NCBI RefSeq assembly: GCF_018977255.1
Contig: NW_024704743.1
Coordinates: forward strand, 61,754,001 to 61,818,000
From: Callorhinchus milii
Taxonomy: Eukaryota
DNA length: 64,000 bases
Direction of reading: 5' to 3'
Shown here: in pieces, positions 51,263 through 64,000 of the stretch
Layout of the letters: each line of letters opens with the position of its first letter
Position numbering within the stretch: position 1 is the first letter of the stretch
The notes under the pieces: generated by a model
Databases searched by the model: none
What the model was told of the DNA's origin: nothing
What the model saw: only the letters and a program-made list of their open reading frames with translations
Position numbers and translations under genes: made by a program

Positions 51263-51514
51263 TATTGTCATGTTCCCTCCCATCTGCCACCCCACACCTA
51301 TTTTAATCTAACACAATTTAGAAGAGGATGAGAGATAAAAGACAACTAACCCTCACATTATAAGCCCTGGATCAGCGCACTCAGCACCAACCTGAAAAAG
51401 AGCCCTTCATTCTCTTTAGATTTCTATCACCTTTATATTTTTCCAATGCCACCTTTGCTCAAAAGCATCCAACATTTTCCACTGAACTTGAACTATTTTT
51501 CTTTAATCAAAGGG

Positions 51515-51692
51515 TGCCTCTATTCAGAGGGTAATCAACGACTGGAACAAGTTGGTTGAGGCCAGGACACTGGACTTGTTTAAAAAGTAATTTAATGTTG
51601 TGATGAAGGAACAGTTAGGTGGGTGTTCTGGAGAGATGAGATCAGATGAGCCAAAGGCCTTTCTTTATCCAAACCAATCTTGTGATCCTGCA
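51515..51692 (+). mobile_element. CR1 3' end
   Basis: IQRVINDWN; TCTTGTGATCCTG tail. Confidence 0.7.
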
Positions 51693-51959
51693 ATCAATTT
51701 TAAAATCTAGTTTCAAAACGTTGATCTCTAAATTGAATTGCCTGGTCTCTAAAGCAACCACATCTATACCAGCATCATCTGCTATTTTACCCAACATATC
51801 AGTTTTACATTTATCCGTTCCCTTACGTTTGAAGGAATTATATCTGCAGCGATTTGTAGGTAAGACAGTCAAGCACACCTCTGAACTTCAGTTGCTTCCA
51901 AGCTTCATCTGTATGGTGACATACATATGTGGAACTCTCAGTCTGGTTTGGATATCCTT

Positions 51960-52905
51960 ACAACAACAACAGCAACAAAATTAATTTGTATAGCGCCTTT
52001 CATGTCGGGAGGACATCCCAAGGTTCTGGACAGTCAGTGGTTCGGACCCAAGCTGCGGGTTGGGATTGGGGAGGGTGGAGGGCAGGGTGGGGAGGAAGGG
52101 TGATCGAAGGCACTGTTGAAGAGGAGGGTCAAGATGGGTTTTAAAGGAGGCAGGGGGGGCGGGGCTAAGTGGAGGGACTACGGGATGCAGTTCCAGAAGA
52201 TGGGGGAGGAATAGCTGAAGGTCCACCCAACAATGGTGGGCCGGACGAGGCGGGGGACTGAAGCAGGCTGGAGCCCGCTGAATGGAAGGAGTGGGCAGGT
52301 TGGTAGGGGGTCAGGAGAAGTAGAACTAGGGGATGCAAGGCCATGGAGGGCTTTCAAAATGAGGACGAGGATCTTGAACTGTATCCTCTGTGTGATGGGA
52401 AGCCAGTAGAGTCGGGCGAGGATGGGGTGATAGGTTCACGGAGTCAGTTGTGAAAGAGGACATGAGCTGCAGAGTTCTGGATGTTCTGCAGCCTATGGAG
52501 GAAGGAGTTGGGGAGGCCGATAAGCAAGGAGTTTGCATAGTCAAGCTTCAATCTAATCATTGTGTATGAGATTTTCGGCGGCCTGTGATGTGAGACAGTG
52601 GCGGAGATGGGTGATGTTGCGGAGGTGGGGGAAGCCAGAGCAGGTTATGGCATGGATGTGGGGTAGAAAGGATAGCTGAGGGCCAAACAAGACGCCAAGG
52701 TTCTGGACTGGCTCAGTGAGGTGGAGTGTGCATCCATGGATGGTGATACTTTCAACGCCTGAGGTGTGGAGGGGCTGACGTAAGCCAATCAGGAGAGCCT
52801 CGGTCTTGTTGACATTCCTCTGAAGAAAGTTAGCTCTCATCCAGGACTTGATGTTTGACAAACATTCTGTCAGGACAGCAGTGGTCCTGGAGTCAAGGAA
52901 GCAGA
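51960..52905 (-). pseudogene. L2 LINE 3' portion (about 950 bp, RT thumb and C-terminus)
   Basis: IKSWMRANFLQRNVNKTEALLIG...VQNLGVLFGPQLSFLPHI...HLRNI; (TTG)n tail. Confidence 0.95.
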
Positions 52906-53074
52906 GTGATGGTGATCACATGGTGATGGATTTCTGCAGGTATCAGACTTCATTTTGTTTTGGCTGATCAAAACAAATTTAAGGATATCAGTAATAATAA
53001 TAATCATCTTTGGTATTTTGTGGATGAATTATGAATGAAATATTTTTACACTCTTCATATTCACTGTGAGAAAT

Positions 53075-53426
53075 GAGCAATCTCAGATTAAGTGCAACAT
53101 AGCCAGATGTAGATGAAGACTTCCCTTGCACCATGCCAAAAATGTGTCTGAAACCTAACTTCCAGTGAGTACCTCCTACTGCACCATTGTGAAATCCATT
53201 TCCCAAACCAGTCATTATTGTGTCCACACTGCCCAATTACTGCCAAATCAAGTGGATGCTTTGTGCTGTGGGCGGACACCCACTAAGTGCTGCCCAAGTG
53301 CATTTTAGACAGGACCCATATAGACACCAGAGAGAAGGGAATTCATCCCATAGATATGAGCTGTACTCAATCCAGATCCCAGTGGTGAAGCAGTAGTGCC
53401 ATAACTCATTGAGCTACCCACCTCCC
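53075..53426 (-). mobile_element. Ancient tRNA-derived SINE resembling LF-SINE
   Basis: Reverse-complement head GGGTAGCTCAATGAG..CTTCACCACTGGGATCTGGATTGAGTACAGC; middle TAGTGGGTGTCCGCCCACAGCACAAAGCATCCAC; recalled similarity only. Confidence 0.4.
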
Positions 53427-53562
53427 TTAAATAAATAAACAATCAATCATATAAAAGGGTGAAATCTGTGATGTATGATTATCTCATCACATAACACTGT
53501 TTCACCCCATAATGCCATCTCCACAAGATATTTTATACTTCATTAAAAATTACATCACATTC

Positions 53563-53770
53563 AACAACAACAATAACTTGCATTTATACAGCACCCTTCA
53601 GATGGAAGCAGATCAGAGCACTCAATAGCACTATGGTTTGATACTGAGCTGGAAAGTGAGAGGAGGTGACCGAAGGCACAGTCGAAGAGGAAAATCTTCA
53701 GATGTGATTTGAAGATGGGCTTAGAGAGGACAAGATAGAGAGATTGAGGCAAGGAGTTCCAGAGTTTCAG
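53563..53770 (-). mobile_element. L2 3' end
   Basis: LKLWNSLPQSL...FKSHLKIFLFDCAF. Confidence 0.8.
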
Positions 53771-56074
53771 AGTATTCACGCTACATAAATGATTTTTTCT
53801 TTGAAAGTGTGTTTTAAAATGGATTTTCAAAGCCTAAATATTATAAGCCTAACCTCACAGCAGTGGCCAAGAACCACTTTACCTAGGACCAAATCATTTA
53901 GTATAATTTGCCACCCATCTTTTTCATCTTCATGCCACTCTGAGATTCTACCCTGCATGAAGGATTAATCTACAGTAATTCTTTCAGATTCTTTTTAGTG
54001 ATTTCTTCTCACTCATGAGTCACTCACTCACCAGGTCATTCCTCTTGAGGGAAATAAACCCTATCCCTCAGTTGTCAATGATGCACCTTGTCTTTATCAT
54101 CAAAAGGGTGAAAGCAATAGAACGTGAACAGTCACCAGCGACTTGACAATTAAAATATTTGTAGCCAGATTGTTATTCAGCTGTGTTCGTCCCACATTCT
54201 AATATTCTTATATTGGTATCTCAGCTGCATATTTGCACACTGCAGTCCAAAGCACAGAAATCCTAGGTTTATCCAAAAATTGATTACTTTAAAAACTTAA
54301 TTGGGAGTTAGCTATAAGCCAGATATTCCAGCAGTGATGCCGACACAACATTGCTCTGTGAATAGAATAGCAAGTGATTCCAAACTGCCTTGCTGTGAGC
54401 AATGAAACATTTCAAAGCTGGTTCATTCTCATTTATAAAATAGCAAAAGGTAGGTGGTCAGGGGTCAGGTGGGAAGGTGAAAAAAAACAAGGTAGCCAAA
54501 AGAAAAGAAACAGAAAAGTATGAATGTCACAAATTTGAAATATAAATTAGAAAGATGGAGTAAGTAATAATAATAATAATCTTTACATTTGATATAGCAC
54601 TTTATCATGTCTTTGAGATGTTTCAAAGCACTTCACAGAATATACTGTAAAGTGAATTGACATTATTTATTTAAAGATGCACATTCATGTACAGATTCAC
54701 TGGTCAGGTTAAGAGCACCTAAAGACATGAGATGTTAAAGTGTCAGGTGCTCTTTGGCCCACTGTGGATTTCTAGCATTTCTGGGTTTATTCCAGAAAGA
54801 AAGTTGTTTTCATAATTAAAGACGTAAGTCCAATTAAAGCCATTCATGTAGACAGCTTCACTGGTCACATTAATTATTCATCTCCTGCTTCCTAGCTTCT
54901 CCCCCACACGTGTACATAACACTTTCTATAGGAGTATGAGTCATTTAGAAGTGAGTTTATTGCTGGGTGAACTGAAACAAACAAACACAAAGCCTCCCTG
55001 ACAATACTCTTGTGCTTGTCAGTAACTATTGACTGTAATATGACTCAGAAGTGGTGGTGAGGTGAAAGATTGTAAAGCACTCTTGACTGAGACACTGCAG
55101 TCCAATGTTTCCAAAAGCCTGCGGAAAACTATCAATGTTTGGTCTATTAGTGATTCTGTACAGCACCAGACAACATAAACCTGGCAGTAGAAATCAATAC
55201 ACACTTTCCTTAAGGCCTTCTCTGCATAGAAAAACCTGTATAGGTTATCCTCTCAGCTGATAAGACAAGCAGAACCCAATCCACCAGCAATTGCTGTGGT
55301 TAGATGATTGATGTGGTCGGAAGCTCTGTTGCCCAGATGTTTTACATTGGCCACAATGAAAGTGGAAAAGCTAAGATACTAGAAATATGGATCTGTCAGT
55401 CAGTGCATTATACTCAATATGTTGGAGTGAATTGTGAACAATAGCTACTTCGAACATGGAGTGCTGACTAACGTTAATGAGACAAACTCAGCACCTGAAA
55501 ACTCATTGGCGCTTGGTGGCCCTTGGGATGGGGTTAGGGGAATGTTGGTGGAGGAATGGGGGTGGGGGAACAGGAGCGGGGGAAACTTGGCTTTTTTTGG
55601 TTTATAAATTTCTCGCTTCATGAATATAGTGCTGAGGTACCATATCTACCCACTGAGCTATTGATGATATCTCAATGGGAATTTAGTTGACTATCATTGA
55701 GTTAGTTCAGAAAGGTTTAGAACCAAAAGTACAACGGATTTTATTTTGGATTCAACAATATAAATTGCACAATGCAATAATATGAAATATACAGTAATCT
55801 GTTTTTGTTTATCAAATGATCACATGGCTTTGCAGCTAAAGATCACTTATTAAATTCCAGTGTCATATAATTTTATGTTGAATCTCATTGCCTGCCTAAT
55901 GTTTAGCATTAGATTTTTTTTACCTGCAGTGATTTGCAACTCTGGCTATGAACGACAGAATAAGCCTAATACAAATGTATTGTAGAAGCAAGAACTCTGG
56001 GGCAAGTTTCAACTACAGAATTTAAACTTATGAAAATACACTGCATTCAACATTTACTTACAAATGCCCAATAT

Positions 56075-56320
56075 TATTTGGGGGATTATTGACCAGGAAA
56101 CCAGGAGAAAAATCCCTTTTTTGAATAGTACTATGTGATCTTTAACCTCCACCTGAACATGGGCTTCATCTGAAGGATAGCACCTCAAACAATGCAGCAC
56201 ACCAGTACTGCATGGAGTATCAGCTTAGACAATATGGGTTCCAAGAACCGATGTGAAGCTAGAAATCCACAACCTTCTGACTCAGAGATGAGAGTGCTAC
56301 TAATTGAGCCAGGCTGACAT
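56075..56320 (-). mobile_element. SINE family B
   Basis: CCACAACCTTCTGACTCAGAG..GAGAGTGCTAC..ATTGAGCCAGGCTGACA. Confidence 0.8.
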
Positions 56321-56657
56321 GCTATAGTATGAGCTTCAATCCCAACATGAAAGAAGACAAATGATCAGCAGATTTTTAAAAAATATTTTATGTGTTCATT
56401 TATATTGTAATTTTCTCGCCACTGACATATATCTCTCTGCGCTCGATCCTCTGCTCTTGTCTCCTGACCTGGCCTCCTCTTGCTGTGGTGCAGTTCCATG
56501 GGTTCTGATTGTCCTCCAGTCCCCATCCGAGTGGCCGTTGTTCATATGTGAGCCTTGGCAGTGAGTATCAATTACAGAGGGCATCACAGCAGTGCCTGAC
56601 CTCTTCCCATCCAACTGCCACATGCGTGCACAACTGATACAGGATAATGTACAGGAA

Positions 56658-56899
56658 ACAAAAGGCAAAGTACTGTAGATGCTAGAAATCTGGTATAAAC
56701 ACAGAAGTCGCTAAGAAAACACAGCATCCGCGGAGAGAGGAGATGAGTTAACACTTCAGGTCAATGACTTTTCGTCAGAACTGAGCCTGAGCCAGACCTT
56801 CTGACGAAAGGTCATTGACTTGAAACACTAACTAATTTTCCTCTTTCAATAAATGCTGCCTGACCTGCTGCGTATTCCCAGTGACTTCTGGATTTATAC
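56658..56899. mobile_element. Palindromic non-autonomous Penelope-like element with two degenerate hammerhead cores
   Basis: Inverted arms (TCAATGACTTTTCGTCAGAA / TTCTGACGAAAGGTCATTGA); flanks TGTACAGGAA / TGTACGGGAA resemble a TSD. Confidence 0.75.
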
Positions 56900-57469
56900 T
56901 GTACGGGAATCCTGGCTGATTTTCCCTCCAGCAACCTGGGATGTCCAGGGCCAATTTAGCCTTTCCCTGCAGCCCCGGCTACAACTCACCGCAGACCAGG
57001 ATTCAAATCAATAAGCAATTGATCTATCAATGGTAACTTTATCAACTGCACCATTGGGGATGGCCTTAGAAGTGGTTTTAACAGTAGAAAAAAAGATTAG
57101 AAAATAGCAAAATTAAAGTTGAAAGGAAAAGGATGATGATATGAGAAGCATAACTAATGTTTTAATAATGTATAATTTTATAGAAAACTGTGTACCTTTT
57201 GTATTTTAGTGGTTTAGAGTTATTATTAATACATCCATCTCACTGTTTGAGTAGCTTTATTACAGCATAAATTTGTTTTTCAACATGAGCAGAAAATGTT
57301 CAGAACTGGTCTTTGAAATCTCTGAGGATGTGCTACTATGCTAACGATTAATAAGACATTAACACGATAGTAATAGCTTCGATGGTGTTTTACCACTTAA
57401 GCAAACACATATATTCATCAACTAACACTGCACAAAATTGTAAGAAATTATTTCAAATGTGTGGGAATA

Positions 57470-58040
57470 TAATAATAATTACAACCCTTGCATTTGGTAC
57501 CACACCTTTCAGGAGGATGTCTCATAGAGTTTCACAGGACTTACTGGAAAGAGTAGTGACTATATTTTGTAAGCAAACACAGCAATCAATTTGCATATTG
57601 CAATGTCCCATAAATAATAATAATAATCCTTGCATTTAGTATAGCACCTTCGATATCAGGAGGATGTCCAAAGGTGCTTCACAAGAGATATTGTAAAGTG
57701 GAGTGACTGTGTACCTTTTGGATGAATGGAGCAGGCAATTTGCACACAGCAATGTCCCACAAACAGTCATGGAGTGAATGATCAATTTTATTTGGGGGAT
57801 TGTTGACCAGGACACCAGGAGATACTTCTCTTCTCTTCTCAAATAGTCCCATGGGATCTTTAGCATCCATCTGAAGAGGCAGATGGGGATTCGTCTTCAA
57901 TATCCAACAATGTGGCACACCCCCAGCACTTCATTGGAGGGTCAACATAGACGATATGAATTCCAAGTCCTGATATAGGGCTTGAAGCCTCAATCTTCCA
58001 ACTCAGAGGTGAAAGTGCTACCAGCTGAGCCAGGCTCATG
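57470..58040 (-). mobile_element. SINE family B full-length copy (57615-58040) plus a tandem tail fragment
   Basis: Complete head-to-tail match to the family B copy at 63470-63826. Confidence 0.85.
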
Positions 58041-58142
58041 TACAAATTGATTGGGAATGGAATGGGGAGATTCTTCTGGGAGTGGACCTGAGCCCGCCCG
58101 CTCTCCCTCCTTCCCTCGTTCCTTCCTTCCTGTCTTCCTGTT

Positions 58143-58518
58143 GCAGTCCTGTAGCTCAGTGATTAGAGCACTCACCTTGCAAGCGAGAGGACCTGGGTTC
58201 GATTCCCGGCTGGGCAAAACAGTGGGCAAGTTTCCTTACTCCACAAGCCTCTGTTCACCTAGCAGCAAATAGGAACCCGGTTGTTAGTCGATTGGCGGAT
58301 CACTTTTCTGGGGGTAATAATCCCTTCAAAAAAAATAATAATATAATAATAATAACAATAATGTTTGTGGGATACTGTTGTGTGAAATTGGCTGCTATGT
58401 TTTGCCCACAAAATATATAGTCAATTCACTTTACAGTAAATTCTGTGAAGCGCTTTGAGACATCTTGAAGACATGATAAGGTGCTATATTAAATGCAAGG
58501 ATTACTATTATTATTATT
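58143..58518 (+). mobile_element. SINE family A, long subtype, well-preserved Pol III boxes
   Basis: TAGCTCAGTGA A-box; GGTTCGATTCC B-box; TTGCA anticodon-like loop. Confidence 0.9.
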
Positions 58519-58679
58519 GTTCCTTCTAAGTTGGAAGGCTAGATGGATCAATGGTCAACTCCTGCCTGAAACTACTACTATGTAACTATGTAGTTACTCA
58601 ATACAGTCGACTTTCATGATATATATCAGCGTGATCTAACAGGCCCGCCTCAGCTGCCCAACCATTGCCATTTTGTCCT

Positions 58680-58925
58680 CACTCTCTGGAGTTCCATTCC
58701 TGGAGTCCCTCCAACTCACCCGCCATCCCCACACCCCACTCTCCTCCACCACCCTTTTCAAAGCACATCAGGACCTAACTCTTTGACTGCGCTTTCAGTC
58801 ATCTTTTCCCTTCCCCATCCCACCTCTCTCAGCTCCCACCCCCAGCTCAGGTGCCCAGCTGACAGTGTCGAGCGCTTTGAGAATATCCTTCCAACATGAA
58901 AAAGGTACTGTGTAAATGTTGTTAT
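58680..58925 (+). mobile_element. L2 3' end, degenerate
   Basis: CTCTTTGACTGCGCTTTCAGTCA...GAGCGCTTTGAGA..CCAACATGAAA. Confidence 0.65.
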
Positions 58926-60454
58926 GTTTCTGGAAAGAAAACACAACATATTGCTTATGAGGACCCTGATATATACCATGACCGAGGTGTAGTTCCATGA
59001 CATCATTACATCATCCAAATGAGTATTCTTTGCAAAACATAGCAATATGGGAACAAGAGGAGGCCATTCAGTCAATCAAGTTGTCTCCATATCTTTATCT
59101 CACAAGCATTTATCTCTTTCTTTTTAAACATCCCAATAAATTTCATCTCTATCGCTTTCTAGGACAGCGCATTCCACATTCATGTAGCCCTTTGTGTGAG
59201 GAACTGTTGTCTTATCTCACTTCCATTCAGTTTAAGAATATGGGTTGAAGATGCACTCCTCAGTAAAGCAGTATTCTTGACACCTCACCTTTAGAAAAAG
59301 TCCCTTGTTAAATGAACTACTTTTTTTGCAGGGAAACCCCATGTGTATCACACCGCTCCATCAGACACTCAAATTTGCCTCAGAGCTGAGGTCATGCCGA
59401 AGACGTAGGTACATTTGTGAAGCACTTTTACTGGCAGTGAGACATCCTTTGTTCCTTTTCCTCACATGTAAATCCAGAAACGAGTGCTGTTTCGTAATGT
59501 GTGAAATGCACAAATACATGTTGCAGAGTTGAATTAATCTAGATTATCATACCTGGTACATGACTGCCATGCCAATCACCACAGCATTTTTCAAGACAAA
59601 GCAAAGCATAGATCTTTCTGTTGTGTTTTACTCTCACTTAGTTTAAAGTTAATTTTGTGTCAAATTAAAGAATACATTTTATTGGCAACACAGACAAAAT
59701 GATGCCATCACTGGCCCAGCCTTGTTATTCTGCATGCCTCGATTTAAACATCTCGTCAAGCGTCATGTATCTTCATAGGATGACTGGGCTTGGGGCCCTT
59801 TATCAACAGAAACTTATCCTCTATGTTAAGTCATTCCTTTCATTACATGGCTCATTCTTCTGTCTAATTACCAAAGATGTAGCAGTTAATCATTTCTGCG
59901 ATCATAGTGTTCTGTGCTGTTATTTGGACCATCTGGATCGCTATAACATTTCTTTTCCCAAGTGAGAATTGAGGCCAGGGGTTGTCACAAAGATTCACAG
60001 TTCCTGTGCTTAACCTTCACCAGTCCTAAGAACATAAGATAGATTGGAACCAAAAAGGGCTATTTGCCCATAAATTCAAACCAAGGCCAACATATATTTT
60101 ATAGCCCACCCACTCTATCTGCTGGCACAATCTTCTAAGTCGAGCACAATGTTCACCCAAACTCCATCTGCAGTTTAAAGCCTGGCTTCCTTCCTTCCAC
60201 TGACAAGATCCCACAGCTATTGACAAACCTGCAGTGGTAATGAAATCATTTAGTTTGTGTTTGCCTTTGCCAATAAAATGTAATCTTTCATTTTACACTA
60301 AATTAACTTCAAAATGAGCAAAAAACAGCAGTTTTTGTTCCTATTTAAGTACTGACACTTGATATATTCTAATGTGAAAATTTTAACTCATAACTCCTAG
60401 ATTATATAATTTATTTGTATTTTTTACAAAAGATGACTTAGCAAGAAAAATATA

Positions 60455-60593
60455 CTCTCACGGTCCCTCCCTTCCCTCCCCTCACCCTGACCATTTCCCC
60501 CTTGCTCGGGTCCTGACCCAACTGTACAGCGCCTTGGGACGTCCTCCCGACGTGAAAGGCGCTCAATAAATGGAATCTTGTTGTTGTTGTTGT
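60455..60593 (+). mobile_element. L2 3' end
   Basis: CAGCGCCTTGGGACGTCCTCCCGACGTGAAAGGCGCT..(TTG)n. Confidence 0.85.
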
Positions 60594-62640
60594 GTGGTAC
60601 AAATCAATGCACAAAATCACTGTGAAATCTATTTGAAAATGAAAAGAATCTCCAACCCAAAGGGCTGGCTCTGTTGTGATCATCTGTGTTCAGCACAAAA
60701 GCCAAAAGAAAGTCAGTGTTGTGACATCTGAAGATTAAGTCATGAGTAACAAATGCTAAATAACATATGACTGTGGTGGATATGAGTTACATGAGAGCTT
60801 GAGGTCTTTCACATGAATTAGCTGATCTGCAGATTTTTCTGTCCTCTATAAGAATGCATTTACAGACACTAAATACCGAGCATGGAACAATATATGATCA
60901 GATTGTATGTGCTTTGTACCCAGGCAATGTTTCAGTAGTAGAAGAAGAGAGGCAAAGTGATTTATACACCTTAAGCTGTCACTTGTGTTAACTGGCACAA
61001 AGGAATGAGGAGTACCACACACACAGAACAGGAGACAGCTGTTCCCATGCCGAGAATGGAGAGAAAAATCAGTGAGATTCACCATCCAGTGCATTTCCTC
61101 AAGGCTCCATGTTTAGAGTCCAGTTAGCATCCTTGAGCCACTGATGGATGTATCTCCTTACTGCAGGGCAGTGTTGTGCACAAATTGGCTGCATTCACCT
61201 TCAAAATATACAGTCACTAGACTTCACAGTAAATCCTGTGAAGTGCTTTGAGTCATCCTCCTCTGTATGTCTGTATGTCTGTCTGTATACCTCTCTCTCT
61301 CAATCACCATCACTCTCACTCTCACTTGCTAACTCGCTAGCTAGATAAATATTTTATTACTCAAACATTTAACCATTTAATCAACACACACACAATGATT
61401 ATAATGAGATGTCCAAACCTATAGACACGTTAGCAAAGTTCTTAGATATTAACATTGACAATTAAATATAGACTAAGAGTGTGATAGAAGGTTTTTCCCA
61501 AGGCAACCTGAAGTCTCTCATGTCAAGATAACTGAAGCTCCATTATTGGATTACTTCATTTCTCAACAAAGTCAATCGGTCAACAATAAGAGCAATTTCT
61601 CTATATCTTCATTGCATCAACCTTGAACACATAGACTTGAAATTTGGGTCCTGGGAAGTAAATGTATAAGCTTTACATTTCAGGCTTCTTTGCACTTTGA
61701 ACACTTCCTTTCTGATGTGGACTGAGATCAATATTGTGGTACTTTGAGAATTGTCTTGAAAAACTCTCACAGCACGTTGGCTGAGCTCTTGTTTTAACCT
61801 TCCTCTTATTATCAGTTTTTCATGTGAATTGTTGTCAATATACTGGAGAGACAGTCTGCATTTGGCAAAGCTCAACAATATCTTGAGAACCACAACTGGA
61901 TTAGACTCCAGGAGAAAAGCATAGGCTGGAAGAATCCATTAGAGCCTTTGGTATCGTTTTCAAACATTGAACACCAGTTTCATAGGCTTGGAGGAAAGCA
62001 AAGATACTAAAAGAAGATACTAAGAAACCAGAACAGAGACTGGAAGCAAGTATAAAAACAGACATGTTTGTTAAAAGGAGGAAATGATAAAGCAATCAGC
62101 AATAAAGCAGTAAAGAGCATTGTGTTCATATGTCATAATGAAAAATGTCACTAGCTTCTCAGTGATTGACTCAGAGGTCAGAGCTGTTCTCATGTTAACA
62201 TAGTAATCAGGCAAATGATACTCTCATTCACACCTCGGTTAAGTGTGAAAGCCCTTCGTTGTGTTTGCATATTAAATGTGTGTTAGTTATGGATAGCTGA
62301 GTTGCTTTAACCTTGAAACATTTGATGCCAAATGGTTTTTTTTATACACAGGAGCAATTTATGTCAAAATAATTACAAAGTAATTTAGTTCCAATGCAAT
62401 TCAACCAAATGATTTTTACTTCAGGATGTTATAAGAGCAAAAGCACATTTTATTGCATACATCTGCATCTTCTATCTATTATTGCATGCAATATAGTTTT
62501 CTTGCTTCTGTGGGCACCAATAGTGTGCAGAGAATGTAATCCGGGAGCGGAATTAAGAAGGGAGGAAAATAACTTGATGTGAAAAAAGGAAATTTTTATG
62601 ATTCAATGTCATTTGTCTAGCCAATTATTTTGCTTAATTC

Positions 62641-62802
62641 TTTCTGGAATTAAGTAAACAGGATGTGTCCCTCCAGGGAGAGAGTGCGCATTCCATTCCA
62701 ACAATCTATCTCTGGGATTTCCATGTGTAGGTGGGATACATGAAATTCTCAGTTTGTTTTGGATACTCCTAAGCATGATGATGGGTTTCCACATCTATCA
62801 AA
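62641..62802 (-). repeat. Second copy of the unclassified stem-loop repeat
   Basis: Ungapped homology to 44823-44983. Confidence 0.85.
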
Positions 62803-63019
62803 TACCCAGCTAAACCCCCAAAAAATATTTTGCTTAATTTTCTATTTAGTTTTGAAAATCTGCCAGAGAAGAAATTGAGCCTTCTTTCAGCTACAAATGT
62901 CCTCAACAACACATACAATAAACGTGCTTCTGGGATGTACAGCTTTTACCTTCCTGTAAGACTATGGTTCTTTCAAGGTAGAAGTGCTTATCTAGTCATT
63001 TCTCTTAGCTCATCCCATT

Positions 63020-63305
63020 AATACTCGAGTTCAGCCTCATTGCCTCCTCTGCATTTTATCTGGAGTTTGGGTGACATGTAATGCCATGGTGAAGAGGAAT
63101 ATACTTCAGGTGTGGCCTAACCAGAGGACTATGCAGCTTCAGCTTAACTTCTGGCAGCCTGAACCCAACTGACTTGGCAATGTAGTCCAGCATCTAGCTT
63201 GCCTTGTTTATTGCTGCCTCACACTGTTGGACATGATGGATGACAAGTCAACTAATATCCTGGGTCTATTTTAAATTGGCAAGTTCTGTCTCATCAATAG
63301 AGTGT
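63020..63305 (-). pseudogene. CR1 ORF2 fragment
   Basis: Antisense EVKLKLHSPLVRPHLKY (cf. LYxALVRPHLEY). Confidence 0.65.
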
Positions 63306-63313
63306 ATGTCAGA

Positions 63314-64000
63314 TGTCAGTCTGGCTCAACTGGCAGCACTTTCACCTCAGAAGGTTAATGCTTCAAGTCTCTTGTCAGGATTTCAGCTCATAGTTTACAT
63401 TGATACTTTAATATAGTGTGGAGGGTGCATTGGATTGTCAGAGGTGTAGTTCTTTGGATGAAACATTAATAATAATAATAATAATGTAGATTGACTGTGG
63501 ATTTTGTGGGTGAATGTGGTAGCCAGTTGCGTGTAGCCATGGAGTGAGTGACCAATTTTATTTGGGGGATTTATTGGGCAGGTCATCAGAAGAAACTACC
63601 TTTTCTTTTCGAATTGTGCCAAGGGATCTTTAACATCCACCTGAAAAGGCAGACGGGACCTGCTTAACGTCTCACCTGAAGGACGACACCTCTGACAGTG
63701 CAACATACCCTCAGCCCTGTATTGCAGTGTCATCTTAGACTATGTGAGCTCAAGTACCGACATGGGATTTGAACCCACAACATTCTGACTCAAAGGTGAG
63801 AGGGCTACCACTGAGCCAGGCTGACAAACGTCTGCTTATCTTCTGGTAAACATTCCATGAAACTATTTGTAAGGAGAAGGATGTTTTTTCTGACACCCCT
63901 GACCAGCAATCCTCTAGATTAGTCAATCATTCACCGCATGGCTGTTCGCTATGTGTCAAATGGCTCCCGCATTTGCCATCAAAAGACAATTATTACATTT
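63314..64000 (+). mobile_element. SINE family B (+) containing a nested antisense family B copy (63470-63826)
   Basis: Forward head TGTCAGTCTGGCTCAACTGG runs to GGATGAAACATTAA; reverse copy follows; forward body resumes at CGTCTGC. Confidence 0.8.

Noticed and set aside
55930..55951. Splice from 45266 giving spectrin-like LHQFEDELNDLQLWL
   Set aside because: A stop codon follows immediately and there is no further spectrin-repeat sequence; likely chance.
61500..62010. Possible decayed transposase (DPNFKSM, minus strand) or RTE-type RT (QSAF..RLQEKS, plus strand)
   Set aside because: The motif matches are short, conflict in strand and have the wrong spacing; a translated HMM search would be needed.
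423..63586. Remaining ORF-track entries as genes
   Set aside because: They are short, often start at non-ATG codons, and are mostly antisense or off-frame reads of SINE and LINE sequence or random AT-rich DNA; none matches a host protein family I recognise.

Overview
This is eukaryotic (vertebrate) non-coding DNA, probably a large intron or gene desert, AT-rich and dense in interspersed repeats. The repeat mix points to a cartilaginous fish, most likely a chimaera such as elephant shark; this is inferred from repeat style only. The mix comprises tRNA-Ala-headed SINEs with a Deu-like body and L2-type tail, a second SacSINE1/DeuSINE-like family, many L2 and CR1 LINE fragments, and Penelope-type terminal repeats. 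No intact host gene, operon, CRISPR array, rRNA or true tRNA can be supported. The protein-like ORFs in the track are decayed LINE ORF2 pieces. The most notable signals are: (1) a minimal type I hammerhead ribozyme motif with all core nucleotides at 35236-35274 (-) in a Penelope-like terminal repeat, plus palindromic relatives carrying back-to-back degenerate hammerheads with compensatory stem changes; (2) a 317-bp poly(A)-signal insert with an 18-bp target-site duplication (TSD); (3) nested insertions and inverted SINE pairs; (4) a local templated 88-bp insertion; (5) an unclassified repeat with a conserved stem-loop; (6) interlocking hairpins; (7) a CTCF-like motif; (8) a few weak exon candidates. 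Repeat boundaries are read by eye and are approximate; family names come from recalled consensus, not from a database search.
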